Assembly: GCA_964525045.1 (NCBI GenBank)
Contig: CAZGFD010000007.1
Coordinates: 120,394-152,393, forward strand
Reading direction: 5' to 3'
Length of the DNA stretch: 32,000 bases
Origin: an uncultured Nitrospiraceae bacterium
GTDB lineage: Bacteria > Nitrospirota > Nitrospiria > Nitrospirales > UBA8639
Shown here piece by piece: positions 6,873 to 15,552 of the stretch. Position 1 is the first letter of the stretch. Each line of letters begins with the position of its first letter. The notes beneath the pieces were generated by a model. That model saw nothing but the letters and a program-made list of their open reading frames with translations, did no database searches and was not told where the DNA came from. A program made the translations under genes and the position numbers.

Positions 6873-8519
6873 ATGAATAAAGTGGAGCTCTTGAAATCTG
6901 AGAAAGATGGCCTTGATATTCGGGATGATATCAAGAGATTTGCCAAAGTTGGGTGGGAGTCCATACCGGAAGAAGACGTTCAACGCTTAAAGTGGTACGG
7001 ACTGTTTCTGCGTCATCCTACTCCAGGGTATTTTATGCTGAGAGTACGCATACCAGGAGGGCGGGCCACGTCAGCCCAGATTGGAACATTGGCGGGGCTC
7101 GCGGGTACCTACGGGAACGGAATTCTGGATTTGACGACACGTCAGCAATTTCAACTTCGAAATCTCAACATTGAAATCATTCCGGAAGTCTTCCGATTAA
7201 TGGAGGAAGTGGGACTGTGTTCCGTTCAAACAGGAATGGATAATGTGAGAAATATCATGACCTGTCCTGTGACGGGGTTGACCGGGAAGGAAATGCTGGA
7301 TGCCACAGGATTGGTTCATGACCTCACGACGGAGATCGTCGGGAATCGGGCCTTTTCCAATCTTCCAAGAAAATTTAATATCGCGATCTCGGGTTGTCTG
7401 GAGAATTGCTTGCATTTGGAGACACAGGATTTAGCCCTCGTTCCTGCCGTCTTTAAAATGGACGGTCAGGAAAAAAAAGGATTTAATGTTTTGGCAGGAG
7501 GCAAACTGGGGTCAGGGGGATACCGAATTGCCACACCTCTGGATATCTTTGTGGAACCGCAGGGGGTGGTGGAGTTGGTCAGTGCAGTTCTCTCCGTCTA
7601 TAGAGACTGTGGTTTCCGCGAATCTCGAAATACAGCCCGATTGGCCTTTCTCCTTGATGATTGGGGGGAAGAACGTTTCCGAGCGGCCGTCGAAGAGCGG
7701 GTCGCCAAGGATTTGGCGCGGGCCGGAAGAGATTTACGGGCCCGTGGAGTGAACGATCACATGGGAATATATCGTCAGAAATCCCCCAGTTTGAATTATG
7801 TGGGGCTCAAGGTTCCTGTAGGACGGATCACATCGGAAAATTTATTTAACATAGCCAGGCTTGCAGAAGCGTATGGGACTGGCGAACTTCGGCTCACCCC
7901 GCATCAGGCCCTCATTATCCCAAATGTCTCCGACAAAAAATTGGGGGATCTCACGGAGGAGCCGATCCTCAAAGAATTTGTCTACAATCCTTCCCCTGTC
8001 CAAAAGGGGTTAGTGAGTTGTGTCGGCAATGACTATTGCAATCTTGCGGTCATTGAAACGAAAAGTCGAGCTGTGGAAACGGCGAAGATTGTAGAGGAAA
8101 AATTGGGTACCGACCTGAAACCCATTACGATGCATTGGTCCGGGTGTCCGGCGGGATGCGGAAATCATTTGGTTGCCGATGTCGGGCTCATTGGAAAAAA
8201 GACTAAAATCAAAGGGAAAATTATTGAGGCTGTGGATGTGTTTGTCGGCGGCCGTTCGGGCCCAAACCCGAGTCCTGCGATCAAGCTGCTGGAAGATGTC
8301 CCGTGCGATGTGCTTCCTGAGGTGTTAAGCGGAATACTTCCTTATCATTCAAGAGAAAAAATGCATCGGAGTAAGGTCCGGGTAGTAAAGAATTCAACTA
8401 TCCGCACCGAAACGGGGACAGAAGGGAAAAAGAGAGTTGTTCCTCAAGAGTTGAGGGGTAGTACAGAGAAAATGAACCCGAAACATGTATCCGTATTCTC
8501 CTCCCCGGAACATAATTAA
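6873..8519 (+). CDS. nirA: Ferredoxin-nitrite reductase (siroheme/[4Fe-4S] sulfite/nitrite reductase family)
   Basis: The N-terminus MNKVELLKSEKDGLDIRDDIKRFAKVGWESIPEEDVQRLKWYGLF resembles cyanobacterial/plant-type NirA. The cluster/siroheme cysteines are C-x5-C (8019-8039) and C-x3-C (8145-8159). The start is set at ATG 6873; the 6675 start would overlap the FNT gene. Confidence 0.9.
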   Translation: MNKVELLKSEKDGLDIRDDIKRFAKVGWESIPEEDVQRLKWYGLFLRHPTPGYFMLRVRIPGGRATSAQIGTLAGLAGTYGNGILDLTTRQQFQLRNLNIEIIPEVFRLMEEVGLCSVQTGMDNVRNIMTCPVTGLTGKEMLDATGLVHDLTTEIVGNRAFSNLPRKFNIAISGCLENCLHLETQDLALVPAVFKMDGQEKKGFNVLAGGKLGSGGYRIATPLDIFVEPQGVVELVSAVLSVYRDCGFRESRNTARLAFLLDDWGEERFRAAVEERVAKDLARAGRDLRARGVNDHMGIYRQKSPSLNYVGLKVPVGRITSENLFNIARLAEAYGTGELRLTPHQALIIPNVSDKKLGDLTEEPILKEFVYNPSPVQKGLVSCVGNDYCNLAVIETKSRAVETAKIVEEKLGTDLKPITMHWSGCPAGCGNHLVADVGLIGKKTKIKGKIIEAVDVFVGGRSGPNPSPAIKLLEDVPCDVLPEVLSGILPYHSREKMHRSKVRVVKNSTIRTETGTEGKKRVVPQELRGSTEKMNPKHVSVFSSPEHN

Positions 8520-8866
8520 CCGAAATGTAATCAAGGGCTAACTCTATTGCAATAAATATGAGATACATTATCCCCATCCCGCATTTTGCCCTTCCTTTCA
8601 GGGCGTTCAGATTTCCCCCTAGCATGTATCTGAGCGCCCTCCTTCCCTTCGGCAGAGAGAAATCCCTCATTGGCTTTTGTTGTGTGTAAGGCCGATTCTT
8701 CCTCAAAAATATTTTCTTAAAAGTAATCTTCTCTTAAATGACTCGTAACAAGCGTATATTATAAGCACCATCGGGGATGGAGATTATGGCACATCCGAAA
8801 AGTTTGATGGCTCGCGGCTCTTTGCTGTGTTCTCAACTTTCATGACGATAAAGGGGGGCTTTCTCT

Positions 8867-9643
8867 ATGAAGCGACATGAGAAAAACGTCACTGACGCCT
8901 ACACAAGGCGAAGGTGGTTAGTTGAATTACGTGGAGACAGCAATTTTCTTGGTGAATTATTCGCAAATTTTTCGTGGCAGGAATTGGGAAAGGTTAAAGA
9001 ACCCCGGTTTTTTCTAGAGGCGGTGTATGGCCAGATATTTTTACAATCTTTGACCTTCGAGGCGTTTACCGATCCCAAGAGGGTTCAATGTGAGGGAGAA
9101 CGCCTATTAAGTCTTATGAATGGAATCTTAAAACTCCAGGTGCCAGGCCGGCCTAATGATGTTACGGAGGTCGGTGGAGTGTTTGTCGATGAAACCCAAA
9201 CCAGGATGAGAAACCCCGTATTCTGCTCTTACCCTGACCATATGGCGCTTCATTCATCCAACCCGTTTGAATGTCGTAAGCTTGTAGAACTTTCGGCTGC
9301 CGATGAAAACGCAGAAAAACTTTTACAGCACTTTGGGTCGCAACACCCATTTTGGTTGACCCTGCTGGAAATGATGGAAATAATCACCTCCGATATGCAG
9401 GCGTTGAAATATGAGGAAGGCTTGCCGTCAGAAGAAAAAATCAAACATTTTCAATTTACAATCCAACAGCATGTTGTTGGCGAAAACAATTCATCAATCA
9501 TTAATCCGAATCAAGACGGTGAGCCGGAAACCCCTATGCCGCTGATTGAAGCCCGGCTGGTCATACATGCACTCTTAGCAGGGTGGATGAATTGGAAACT
9601 GAACCAAAAACCCCAGGAGATGGCGCTCTCTCTTGAAGAGTAA
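8867..9643 (+). CDS. Hypothetical protein (258 aa), no recognisable family
   Basis: A long ORF starting at ATG 8867 with a G-rich SD (AAGGGGGG, 8851-8858). I recognise no motifs. It is flanked by long AT-richer non-coding stretches. Confidence 0.65.
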   Translation: MKRHEKNVTDAYTRRRWLVELRGDSNFLGELFANFSWQELGKVKEPRFFLEAVYGQIFLQSLTFEAFTDPKRVQCEGERLLSLMNGILKLQVPGRPNDVTEVGGVFVDETQTRMRNPVFCSYPDHMALHSSNPFECRKLVELSAADENAEKLLQHFGSQHPFWLTLLEMMEIITSDMQALKYEEGLPSEEKIKHFQFTIQQHVVGENNSSIINPNQDGEPETPMPLIEARLVIHALLAGWMNWKLNQKPQEMALSLEE

Positions 9644-9652
9644 TATAATATA

Positions 9653-9922
9653 CTAAGAATTCCCTCCACTGGCGCTGTAAAGAGTGAGCCAAAGCCACCG
9701 ATTTTGGCGATCAGCTCTTGCCAACTGCTCCTCCATATATTCGCGAGTGAATTGTTTTTTGATTTCCTGTCTATTCCAAATCCGGGCATGTGCGACTTTC
9801 GCTCGCTCTTGAAGGGAATTGGCTCCTGAGGCATTTAAGAGCAGCTTCCTTCTCAGGAGGATTTGGGAACGTCTCGTCATAGTGGCTTTGCGAGACCTGG
9901 GCATCTGGTTGAAGCCTCCCAT
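9653..9922 (-). CDS. Hypothetical small basic protein (89 aa or shorter), doubtful
   Basis: An ORF convergent with the 258-aa gene, with a helical, charged translation. It has no recognisable family and no clear SD. Confidence 0.3.
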   Translation of the reverse strand: MGGFNQMPRSRKATMTRRSQILLRRKLLLNASGANSLQERAKVAHARIWNRQEIKKQFTREYMEEQLARADRQNRWLWLTLYSASGGNS

Positions 9923-10387
9923 ACGTAAGAAATTGCCTCAGACAAACAACCTCACCTGACAACCTAACCGCATGGGATTGCAGTGGTGTTACAGGAGACG
10001 AAAAAATTAGGAAAATAGATTCCGTATGTGGGGTTGGTAGTCAATTGAATGTTTACCTATTTGTCACCTGCTCACAACGCGTTCGCAATCACCCGCGATT
10101 AGTCTTGCCTGGTTCCGATATGTGGAACTTCCTCCGGAGGGGTGTTTGGGAGGACCCACCTGAACACCCCTTCCCCCTTTCTGTCCTTCAACCTTCTCAT
10201 GGCCGGTTTTTTTTACTATTTTTTACCTGTACTTTACGCGTTTGCCATAATGATGCAACACCCGTTTTCTACGATATGAAGTAAGCCTAATACAGGCCTT
10301 CCGGGAGTGATCCAGATTACCCTTGAGGTGATCTATAACCAGTATCGGTTTTTCTCAAATTCTAATTAATCATCGAAAGGAGGGGTT

Positions 10388-10603
10388 ATGACGGTCAAAC
10401 AACTTTTGGAAGATGAGGGTCAACGTGATCGTATCGCCGAGCGTGCGTATGAGTTGTTTCTTCAAGACGGGTGTGAACACGGGAATGATCTCAACCACTG
10501 GCTTCGGGCTGAACAGGAGATTTTTGAGGATTTTCAAGTTGAAGAGCCCGAAGTGCGGCCATTGGAACGAAAGGGCGGGCAAAAGGCCTCGCGTTCGAAA
10601 TAG
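10388..10603 (+). CDS. DUF2934-family small protein
   Basis: A strong SD (GGAGG, 10379-10383) precedes the ATG. The motif IAERAYELFLQDGCEHGNDLNHWLRAEQE matches the ERAYxLWxxxGxPxGxxxxDWxxAE core of DUF2934. Confidence 0.8.
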   Translation: MTVKQLLEDEGQRDRIAERAYELFLQDGCEHGNDLNHWLRAEQEIFEDFQVEEPEVRPLERKGGQKASRSK

Positions 10604-10648
10604 GACTCACTGATCGAACAGGTGTTGCGCGTGGAATTCTGAATCGGA

Positions 10649-11668
10649 ATGAAAATCGCAGTCATTACTGATGCCTGGCATCCCCAGGTCAACGGTGTCG
10701 TCAGAACACTTGACCAAACACGTCATCAATTGGAGAGGCTTGGGCATCAAACGGTCTTCGTGACGCCTCAGGATTTCACGACGTATCCCTGTCCGACTTA
10801 TCCAAGCATTCGCCTTGCGCTCTTTCCTAAAAAACGAATCGAACGAACTTTATCACAATTCAAACCTCACGCTGTCCACATTGCGACAGAAGGTCCACTG
10901 GGGTATTCCGCCGGATCACTGTGTTTCCAGTCGGGAATTCCCTTTACGACATCCTTTCACACGCAATTTCCTGAATATATCCGCGCACGCATTCCGTTTC
11001 CGGTTAGCTGGTCGTACGGTTATCTACGACGGTACCATAGTCGCGCCATCAGAACTTTTGTGGCGACCCCATCGTTGCGGAAACGCCTTCATGATCTTGG
11101 ATTCAACAACCTGGAAATCTGGTCTCGTGGAGTAGATACCAGTGTTTTTATGCCTGGACCCAAGACCTATTTTTCAACCCCGCGTCCAATTTCACTATAT
11201 ATGGGAAGGGTGGCCATCGAAAAGAATATCGAAGCCTTCTTGGAACTTGACCTCCCAGGTTCCAAGTATGTGGTTGGAGAAGGTCCTGACTTACGCTATT
11301 TACAGTCAAAATATCGTGATGTGCATTTTGTTGGGCAGAAACTCGGAAAGGATCTGGTTGCTCATGTTTCGGCGGCGGACGTATTTGTTTTTCCGAGTTT
11401 GACAGATACCTTCGGGCTGGTATTGCTAGAGGCTATGGCTTGTGGCGTTCCCGTTGCGGCTTACCCAGTCACCGGTCCAATTGATGTGGTGCAGAATGGG
11501 AAGACCGGTGTCCTTGATACAGATCTCCGACGAGCCATTTTCCGTGCCCTGAACCTCGACCCCGCGGATTGTATCGCTTATGCCAGGAAGCATTCGTGGG
11601 AGCAATGGACAAAGCGTTTTGTGTCTCTCCTCGAACCGATTGATGAAGGTCGTTGGCCGCTCAATTGA
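10649..11668 (+). CDS. Glycosyltransferase, GT4 (GT-B fold, group 1) family
   Basis: The N-terminus MKIAVITDAWHPQVNGVVRTL is a typical GT4 start. The C-terminus carries the E-x7-E region FPSLTDTFGLVLLEAMACGVPV. Confidence 0.92.
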   Translation: MKIAVITDAWHPQVNGVVRTLDQTRHQLERLGHQTVFVTPQDFTTYPCPTYPSIRLALFPKKRIERTLSQFKPHAVHIATEGPLGYSAGSLCFQSGIPFTTSFHTQFPEYIRARIPFPVSWSYGYLRRYHSRAIRTFVATPSLRKRLHDLGFNNLEIWSRGVDTSVFMPGPKTYFSTPRPISLYMGRVAIEKNIEAFLELDLPGSKYVVGEGPDLRYLQSKYRDVHFVGQKLGKDLVAHVSAADVFVFPSLTDTFGLVLLEAMACGVPVAAYPVTGPIDVVQNGKTGVLDTDLRRAIFRALNLDPADCIAYARKHSWEQWTKRFVSLLEPIDEGRWPLN

Positions 11669-11732
11669 GTCGACCTGATTCTCGTGTTTTCACCTTTCTT
11701 CTTTTAAATCGTTAATACCCGCTTCCATAGGA

Positions 11733-12269
11733 TTACTCTTCGAAATAAGCCCCGAGCAGGTAATACCCGGTTTCCAGCATGGGTAGCAGGTACCAATCCT
11801 CATTGGGGAAGCGCATGGCTAGGAAAAACCCCCAAATGGACAGGACGGTCCCCACGTATTGGGGATGGCGAAAGAGCGAAAAGGGGAATCCTTCGCGCCA
11901 GGGGACATCAAATCCGAATTTATTACCATAAAACACGCCAACCTTGCCCAACTGAATAAAGACGCTGAAGTTGAGCAATTGGCCGACGAAAATCAGGAAC
12001 GCCCCGATACTTAACCAAACGATATCACTTGTCAGGGGATTGAGAGTCCCCTCACCATAGAAATAACACCATCCAAAAAACACCGAAAGTTGAATGCCCT
12101 TAAACATAAAAAAGAGTTTGCGAATCACTTCGATGGGTCCACCCAAGAATTGCATCCAGGGCAGGGCGCACACACGACAAAACAGGTGAGGAAAGCGCCA
12201 AATCCAGGCGTAGCAGATCCGCTCAATACTCAGGAATAGGGCGGCAACCAGAAAACTCCAGAGTTCCAT
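11733..12269 (-). CDS. Integral-membrane SAM-dependent methyltransferase of the PEMT/ICMT superfamily (phospholipid N-methyltransferase-like)
   Basis: Four to five TM helices. GVFYGNKFGFDVPWREGFPFSLFRHPQYVGTVL resembles the PEMT/Opi3 C-terminal motif (GDYFG...FPF...NPMYxG). The start lies 4 nt after the upstream gene's stop codon, consistent with an operon. Confidence 0.82.
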   Translation of the reverse strand: MELWSFLVAALFLSIERICYAWIWRFPHLFCRVCALPWMQFLGGPIEVIRKLFFMFKGIQLSVFFGWCYFYGEGTLNPLTSDIVWLSIGAFLIFVGQLLNFSVFIQLGKVGVFYGNKFGFDVPWREGFPFSLFRHPQYVGTVLSIWGFFLAMRFPNEDWYLLPMLETGYYLLGAYFEE

Positions 12270-12273
12270 TCCC

Positions 12274-14580
12274 TCACTTATTTTTGCGTTTGCCCGGATA
12301 TGGAGGCAGGAAAGCTTGGGCCTCGCTTAATGATCGTGGGGTATAGGCGATCAGATCTGTAAAGGGGTCCGTGATGAGTTTGACAAACCAAATCATCGAA
12401 ACCCGGAAATCATGGAGCCACACGAGATAGGCGACTCGTCCCACCACGACCACCAACGTTAACCCGAACCATTGCTCGGCAATGGCTGGTAACTGTTCGA
12501 CGAAGGCGGCGAACGTCCAGGCACTGGCGTTGAACAAATTCATGATGGGAATTAACAGAAACGCAGAGATGATGAGCGTCTTATTACGTGTGTTATATCC
12601 TAATAGCAGCTCTTCCTTATCGTGACACGGAGGTTCAATGATGGCATGGCCTAATTGCCTGACAAACAAAGCCGCCAGACTGAATGTCACGGCCGTCGTA
12701 AGATCGGTGAAGATCAGAAAATAGCAATAAATGAACACACTTGAGCTAAGGATATGAAAAAATTGATTCAGCGGATGGCTATGCGAGGCCACATGATCAT
12801 CATGTTTGCGTCGCATGACTTCCGTATAGAAATGTTGTAGAGGTTTAGGCACTCGCACAAGACTGCCTAAAATTTCCCAAATAAGACCCGTCCGCATTTT
12901 TTTCTCCCTCCCGGGTTGTTGTTGTTCGCTTAACCACCACCCATCCTGGTTCATTTTCCGTGCCGCGTTGATGAGCTTTTCCTGAAGCTCCTGATAATGT
13001 TCCGCGGTAAATTCCATATTGCTTAAACATCGTCCGGTCCCGACCCAGCTCAGGGTCACACCCTCAGCGCGCAAATAGTATTGCAGCAACCAGTTATAAC
13101 GACTGGGTTCCTGGAAGAGCACCGTCCACACCGTCGCCATGTGAACCACCCGAAGAGGCAATTTCGATTCGGCCAGTTCTTGGTTGGTCTCTTGGGCCCA
13201 TTGGCTACATCGCTGATTGGATTCCTGATACAAGTTGGCTGTTGAGGGATCTGTTACCCAGCGTAAGAATTCATTCATGGATCCCATGACGTGTGGATGG
13301 GCGGAAAATGTTCCAATGACATAGGCAAGTCGCATCGGGTGATCAGGGTCAAAGCGTCGCATCAGATTTTTTTTGCCACATACGACGCCGATCGGCATTC
13401 CGCCAGCGACCGTTTTGCCATACACGACCAGATCAGCTTGGACATTGAAATATTCCTGGGCCCCGCCCGGTGCGAGGCGAAATCCGGAGTAGACTTCGTC
13501 AAAAATTAAGGGAATCCCATAGGCCGTGCAAACCACGCGCAATTGGTGGAGCCATTGTTCATATCGAGAATGCTCGTCCTGGGTTTTCCGTACACTACTG
13601 GTCAGCAATAAGGCATCGCTCGGGGGAGGTGAATTGGGGTGAAATGACTGGACCGGATTCACGAGGACCCCGGCGATGTCTTTCGCCCGCCAACGAATCA
13701 CATCGAGAGAGGCGGGATGGACATCCTTCAATGTCAGGCAATCATTGAGATCACGCTCATTTCCTAAGCCTGGCTGCACGCCATCCCACCAACCGTGATA
13801 AGCCCCGGAAAAGCACACGATCATTTTCTTCTTTGTATTGAAGCGGGCGAGGCGGACGGCGGCCATGACGGCCTCGGTTCCACTCATATGGAAAGACACC
13901 TCGTCTAACTTGGAAATCGATTTGAGGACCGTAATATTTTCTGCCACGATGGGATGCAATGGCCCTAAAACGGGGCCTAAATTCTTGACCCGCTCCAATC
14001 CTTTTTTCATCCATTCTTTGTAGCGGTTATAGCCGGCCACATTGACGCCATAGGATCCGCTTAAATCAAGTGTCCAATTATCGTCAATATCACGGAGTTT
14101 TGGTCCGTCCGAGGCGGTGACAACCGAACAGAGATTAAAATTTTCTCGCATGATACGCATAAAGGGGAACGGGACCCGACCCGCATCCGTGAATCGCAAA
14201 TCGGAGAAATGTTCCCGCATCGCGTTGCCCCAGGCGATGGATTTTGAGCACTGTGTTTGGAAATAATTCGACAGTCGGTTCAACGCGCTTTTTCGGCGTG
14301 TGATCCATCTCTCATCGGCCCCATCCGCCCGAAAAAATTCCTCTTCTGAATAGTCCCTTGATTTCACCCATCTGGCTATACGACGGGACAGCGTTGGTGC
14401 AAATGCCAGCGCTCGTACTGTGATGAGTGCCATCATGAGTTTTCGCCCTAAGAAAAAGAAGGCTATAGCAAAGAGAAGAACACCGGTTAAGATCCAACCA
14501 TTTCCAATCTCACCAATTCCAGATGTCGTTGGGTGGAATTCCAAAGCTAACATTCCCATGCGTAATATTTCGTCTGGCAC
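12274..14580 (-). CDS. Fusion protein: N-terminal TM anchor + class-III (GSA-aminomutase-like) PLP aminotransferase + C-terminal Mpo1/DUF962-like membrane domain
   Basis: The maximal ORF reaches a TTG at 14652. GTG 14580 has GGGGGAGG 5 nt upstream and is preferred. Aminotransferase motifs are HMSGTEAVMAA, IFDEVYSGFR, and the PLP-lysine region ADLVVYGK(413)TVAGGMPIGVVCG (K codon at 13414-13416). The C-terminus carries SHSHPLNQFFHIL...RQLGHAIIEPP within about 5 TM helices, resembling the Mpo1/DUF962 His motifs. Confidence 0.9.
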   Translation of the reverse strand: MPDEILRMGMLALEFHPTTSGIGEIGNGWILTGVLLFAIAFFFLGRKLMMALITVRALAFAPTLSRRIARWVKSRDYSEEEFFRADGADERWITRRKSALNRLSNYFQTQCSKSIAWGNAMREHFSDLRFTDAGRVPFPFMRIMRENFNLCSVVTASDGPKLRDIDDNWTLDLSGSYGVNVAGYNRYKEWMKKGLERVKNLGPVLGPLHPIVAENITVLKSISKLDEVSFHMSGTEAVMAAVRLARFNTKKKMIVCFSGAYHGWWDGVQPGLGNERDLNDCLTLKDVHPASLDVIRWRAKDIAGVLVNPVQSFHPNSPPPSDALLLTSSVRKTQDEHSRYEQWLHQLRVVCTAYGIPLIFDEVYSGFRLAPGGAQEYFNVQADLVVYGKTVAGGMPIGVVCGKKNLMRRFDPDHPMRLAYVIGTFSAHPHVMGSMNEFLRWVTDPSTANLYQESNQRCSQWAQETNQELAESKLPLRVVHMATVWTVLFQEPSRYNWLLQYYLRAEGVTLSWVGTGRCLSNMEFTAEHYQELQEKLINAARKMNQDGWWLSEQQQPGREKKMRTGLIWEILGSLVRVPKPLQHFYTEVMRRKHDDHVASHSHPLNQFFHILSSSVFIYCYFLIFTDLTTAVTFSLAALFVRQLGHAIIEPPCHDKEELLLGYNTRNKTLIISAFLLIPIMNLFNASAWTFAAFVEQLPAIAEQWFGLTLVVVVGRVAYLVWLHDFRVSMIWFVKLITDPFTDLIAYTPRSLSEAQAFLPPYPGKRKNK

Positions 14581-14709
14581 ATTCACCTCCCCCAGATGGG
14601 TCGTATTAGTTGATGGAGTTGCATGCTTCAAATTCAAATACTGAAGGATCAACCTTGAAGATGTTCACGGGAGATCGCTGACGGTTCAAGATGAGTCTGA
14701 ACGTGGTTG

Positions 14710-15552
14710 CTAGCTAACTGAGACTTCCACTTTTTCTTCAGAGGGTATGGATAACGGGTCGTAGGAGGCTTCTTGAGCGCGCTTTGTTATCCCTGCCACA
14801 TCCTCCCGTCGCAGCAACTCCAGTCTTCCATCGTAATGTTCGACAATGGCGCTGTTACTCTCGACCCAGTCTCCACAATTTCCGTACACAATCTTGTTTA
14901 GTGGCGTAATCTCCGGTCTATGAATATGTCCGCAGATCACCCCATCGACCCCAATCCGAGCCGCCTCGAAAGATACCGCTGCTTCAAAATTACTGATGTA
15001 TTGAACCGCATTTTTCACCTTGTTCTTGATTGAGGCCGCTAGTGACCAGTATGGCAGGCCCATTTTCCTTCGGATCAAATTGAGCCAAATATTGATATTG
15101 AGCAGGGTGTCATAGGCCTGGCTTCCTAATAACGCAATCGCTTTTGAAGACCGCACGACGCTATCGAATTGATCTCCATGGATCACAAGAAATTGCTGGC
15201 CGTCTGCTTTTGTGTGGACAATTTTGTCAACGATTCGAACGTTCCCAAAATCCATGCCGTTATAGTCACGAAACATTTCATCATGATTGCCGGGCACATA
15301 AATCACCTTAGTCCCTCGCTTGGCTTTACCGAGAATCGTCCTGACGACATTGTTATGTGCTTGAGGCCAGAATGGGCGTTTTTTCACTGACCAGATGTCG
15401 ATGATGTCGCCAACGAGGTACAGAAACTCGCACTCCATTGAATGAAGAAAGTCAAGAAGGGGCTCAGCACTACATCCCCAAAATCCTAAATGGACATCGG
15501 AAATCCAGACTGTGCGATAGACTTGGCGTTTGGTTTGAAATGAGGCCAGCAA
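14710..15552 (-). CDS. LpxH-family-like calcineurin-type metallophosphoesterase (UDP-2,3-diacylglucosamine diphosphatase-like)
   Basis: Carries the ordered motifs ISDVHLG, LVGDIID, VPGNHDE, IHGDQFD and CGHIHRP. The start is TTG at 15552 with AGGAG upstream. It is the first gene of a three-gene minus-strand operon. Confidence 0.88.
   Translation of the reverse strand: MLASFQTKRQVYRTVWISDVHLGFWGCSAEPLLDFLHSMECEFLYLVGDIIDIWSVKKRPFWPQAHNNVVRTILGKAKRGTKVIYVPGNHDEMFRDYNGMDFGNVRIVDKIVHTKADGQQFLVIHGDQFDSVVRSSKAIALLGSQAYDTLLNINIWLNLIRRKMGLPYWSLAASIKNKVKNAVQYISNFEAAVSFEAARIGVDGVICGHIHRPEITPLNKIVYGNCGDWVESNSAIVEHYDGRLELLRREDVAGITKRAQEASYDPLSIPSEEKVEVSVS

Noticed and set aside
8398-8706. 102-aa minus-strand ORF overlapping the nirA 3' end.
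   Set aside because: It overlaps a confident CDS on the opposite strand and has no SD and no motifs.
10045-10284. 79-aa plus-strand ORF in the spacer upstream of the DUF2934 gene.
   Set aside because: The translation is implausible (a Phe/Leu run read from a T-tract), and there is no SD. The region is better explained as structured non-coding DNA.
12845-14644. Antisense and off-frame ORFs within the aminotransferase fusion gene (e.g. 13291-13509+, 13470-13748+, 13757-14014-, 14420-14644+).
   Set aside because: They overlap a CDS with clear PLP-enzyme motifs, and their translations are Arg/Gly-rich.
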